DNA of 64,000 nucleotides. Origin: Alloascoidea hylecoeti (taxonomy: Eukaryota). Location: positions 850,875 through 914,874 of the forward strand of contig BCKZ01000005.1 in assembly GCA_001600815.1 (NCBI GenBank). Direction: 5' to 3'. Below are positions 61,680-64,000 of the stretch, piece by piece (the stretch's first letter is position 1; every line of letters starts with the position of its first letter). A program made the position numbers and the translations under genes. Below the pieces are notes generated by a model. The model was not told where the DNA came from, did no database searches, and saw nothing but the letters and a program-made list of their open reading frames with translations.

Positions 61680-62857
61680 AACAAAAGTCAACACAAAGCT
61701 TAGTTATAAGGGGGTCATGGGACAAATTAATTGAAGTTTGTTTAAAAATTAAATATTAATAACTGCTCTGAACCAATATTTTATAATAAATTTTAGTCTA
61801 TCTTTCAAAAGTATTTGATTGCGGTTGTAGGTATATCAATGTAAGAGATAAAAAAAATTAAGGAAATATTAATGATTAAAATATTAAACTTGGATATATC
61901 ATGTTATTTTAGTAAGTCTCCAACATATAATTTTGTATCGTTTCCAAAATATAAAATGAATGGGACTACGATCAATTCAATCCAATCAGGCTTTAATCAT
62001 CCTATATGTAGGTTTAAATTAGACCTGTATTTAGAAATTATACAACATATTTTCACAGAGGAGCCCAACTTAAAATGTCTGATTTTCTGTGAAAGGTTAG
62101 TTTTAAGGAATCGTTGGAAGCTTAAGATATGATTCGTATATTGCAAATGCATGTAAGAATTAATAATTACCAAATATAGAAATTATACTTTACTTGCATT
62201 ATATATTTAGCGGCCATAAATAAAAATATTGGTAGTATTTATGATCATTAATAGATATTATAGTTCACTCTACTTATTACTTATTATTTATTATTTATTA
62301 TTGTATGGCTCGCTTGCAGAGGAAACGCACAAGATACTTTGGAGAAGAATCCTCATGATGAAGTTATGGAGCCATCAATGATATCCAAAATGTATATGCT
62401 CTACTTGAATGTGTTATCGATACTTAATCCGAAACCGCTCAGTTTTTAAAAGGTCTCAATAGACATTCAATTAACATAAGATTTATACACATTTGTTAGA
62501 GTGGCTCTTAATAGCGTAATCCATTCACAAAAATGATCCCATATTTAAGCTTAAGATTTATACGTTACTCTTATTCAATGAATTAAAATGTGTTCAACTT
62601 CAAGTTATGTGTGTATAAGCTCCTTCAAATATATAACGGAGCTTAATCTCCGGTTAAAGATATCGATAAGTATATTTTTGACTGGTGTTTATCTCATATT
62701 CTAATAGATAAACGATTATCTACGGAACATTAAACATTAAATAAGGCAAGAGGCAAGAGGCATTCTAAAATTAATTGAATAAATCGAACTTAGAAGAGAC
62801 AAAATTCGGGATTATCAAAACTGTAGTTATAAGAATGTGTTACAATTGATATTCTTA

Positions 62858-63320
62858 TTTGTATGCCCGATGGACTGAAACGTGGATTACGGCGGTACTG
62901 GACCTACTGCCGGTAATAATACGTAATCACAATTGACCCAACTTTTCTGCAAATTATACCTGATATTCTGTTGATTTCTTTACTTACTCTGATACACCAA
63001 TATTATTATTTCGAGCTTTTTTCAATGATGATTAGAATCCTAGGTGTAGGTAGAATAATTGAGATCATTAAAAGATATTTAATAATGAATAATTTAAAAC
63101 TGTAGACTCGTTTTCCTTGAACATATATTTCCCGAACTCATATTGGAAGCCCCATATTTCTGATCAACGGTTACACAATTCCATTACCATTTAAATGATC
63201 TACTGAGAATCATTGCAAAATTAAACTTAAAATTTACAATTTTGAAAGTTGAAATTAAACAAATTTTAATTTACGGGAAACCCTTTGAAGAGGAGGAGTA
63301 AAACGCCGCACTTTATAATT
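62858..63320 (-). mobile_element. Possible very old Tc1-type fossil
   Basis: Weak fragments in Tc1 order on the minus strand: YMFKEN, L.IIEK, KSW, AVI...GHT. Confidence 0.28.
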
Positions 63321-64000
63321 TTAAAAATGTCACAGTGATGGTTGTAATTTTAATATCGCGATCGTTGGATCGATCATGATAATAAAAGTTTGCAATTGCA
63401 AATGATTTCATGAATTCAAACAACATATTTTATATAATGAATTTTGATTTTGTATAATAAGATATATTGCGGATCGATTGGTGAGCCTTGTTCTGTATCA
63501 TTCATTTTTGTTCTGTTCAATTGATGATGAATAGAATTTAAGAAGAAAGCCTCTCATATAACTAGCTTAAAAACCATGCATATGCATCAATCACTTTCAA
63601 ATCCAACGTGCATGAACAAGAATAGAAACATCTCAATTACAATGTATATCTTCAAAGTAAGGGAAAATCCACAATAATTGTTATGTAGTTAATGTAAATT
63701 TTCCTATAATTATTACATCATCATCAATAGCAGTAACCCATTTGTTACTTCGACTGTGATTACCGATTTTGGTTTCGATATATCCGGGAAGTGATTTGCA
63801 ATTGTAAACTCTGTAATCGATCTTAAATCATATATAAATAAAAAAGACCTGGTGGGTGATACTAATATTACTGGGTATACTCTTCAGTTATTATAAATAC
63901 CACTCTTTATCCCCCTTTTCTATCTCTTCATTAAATCTCAATTGTAATTGATCTTATACACTTTTCACTTTTTTATTAAAAACTTATAAAAAACAACTCC

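Noticed and set aside
1..64000. CRISPR arrays, tRNA genes, alternative CUG decoding
   Set aside because: Eukaryotic DNA with no repeat-spacer array. No tRNA cloverleaf or A/B boxes were recognised by eye. Too few CTG codons at conserved sites were noticed to infer the code.

Overview
AT-rich, intron-containing fungal DNA. GIC1/2-, HMX1-, CTR3-, UME6-, SSZ1- and SVP26-like genes point to a budding yeast (Saccharomycotina); the species cannot be identified from the sequence. The left ~34 kb is gene-sparse. It holds two tandem amino-acid permeases (one broken by an N-gap, one by the window edge), CTR3, a Ume6-like Zn2Cys6 factor, an Ebp1/AF4-like protein, HMX1 and GIC. It also carries decayed DNA: several Tc1-type DD34E transposase fossils, a probable Ty3/gypsy RT fossil and a degenerate 25S rDNA fragment. 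The most notable feature is a ~5.4 kb inverted duplication with two identical, divergently transcribed secreted AA9 lytic polysaccharide monooxygenase genes, each ending in a non-CBM1 six-cysteine module. The right ~30 kb is a compact housekeeping cluster: RTT107/BRC1, a 5-exon zinc-finger gene with a GC-AG intron, PML1, an enlarged PIB1-like E3, SSZ1, an RGD2-like GAP, SVP26 and a cys2-type serine acyltransferase. This cluster includes pseudogenes of two normally essential genes (DBP4, HSH155/SF3B1) and a small His-Gly-Gly repeat ORF. All gene models were derived by hand, and family calls rest on recalled motifs rather than database searches.
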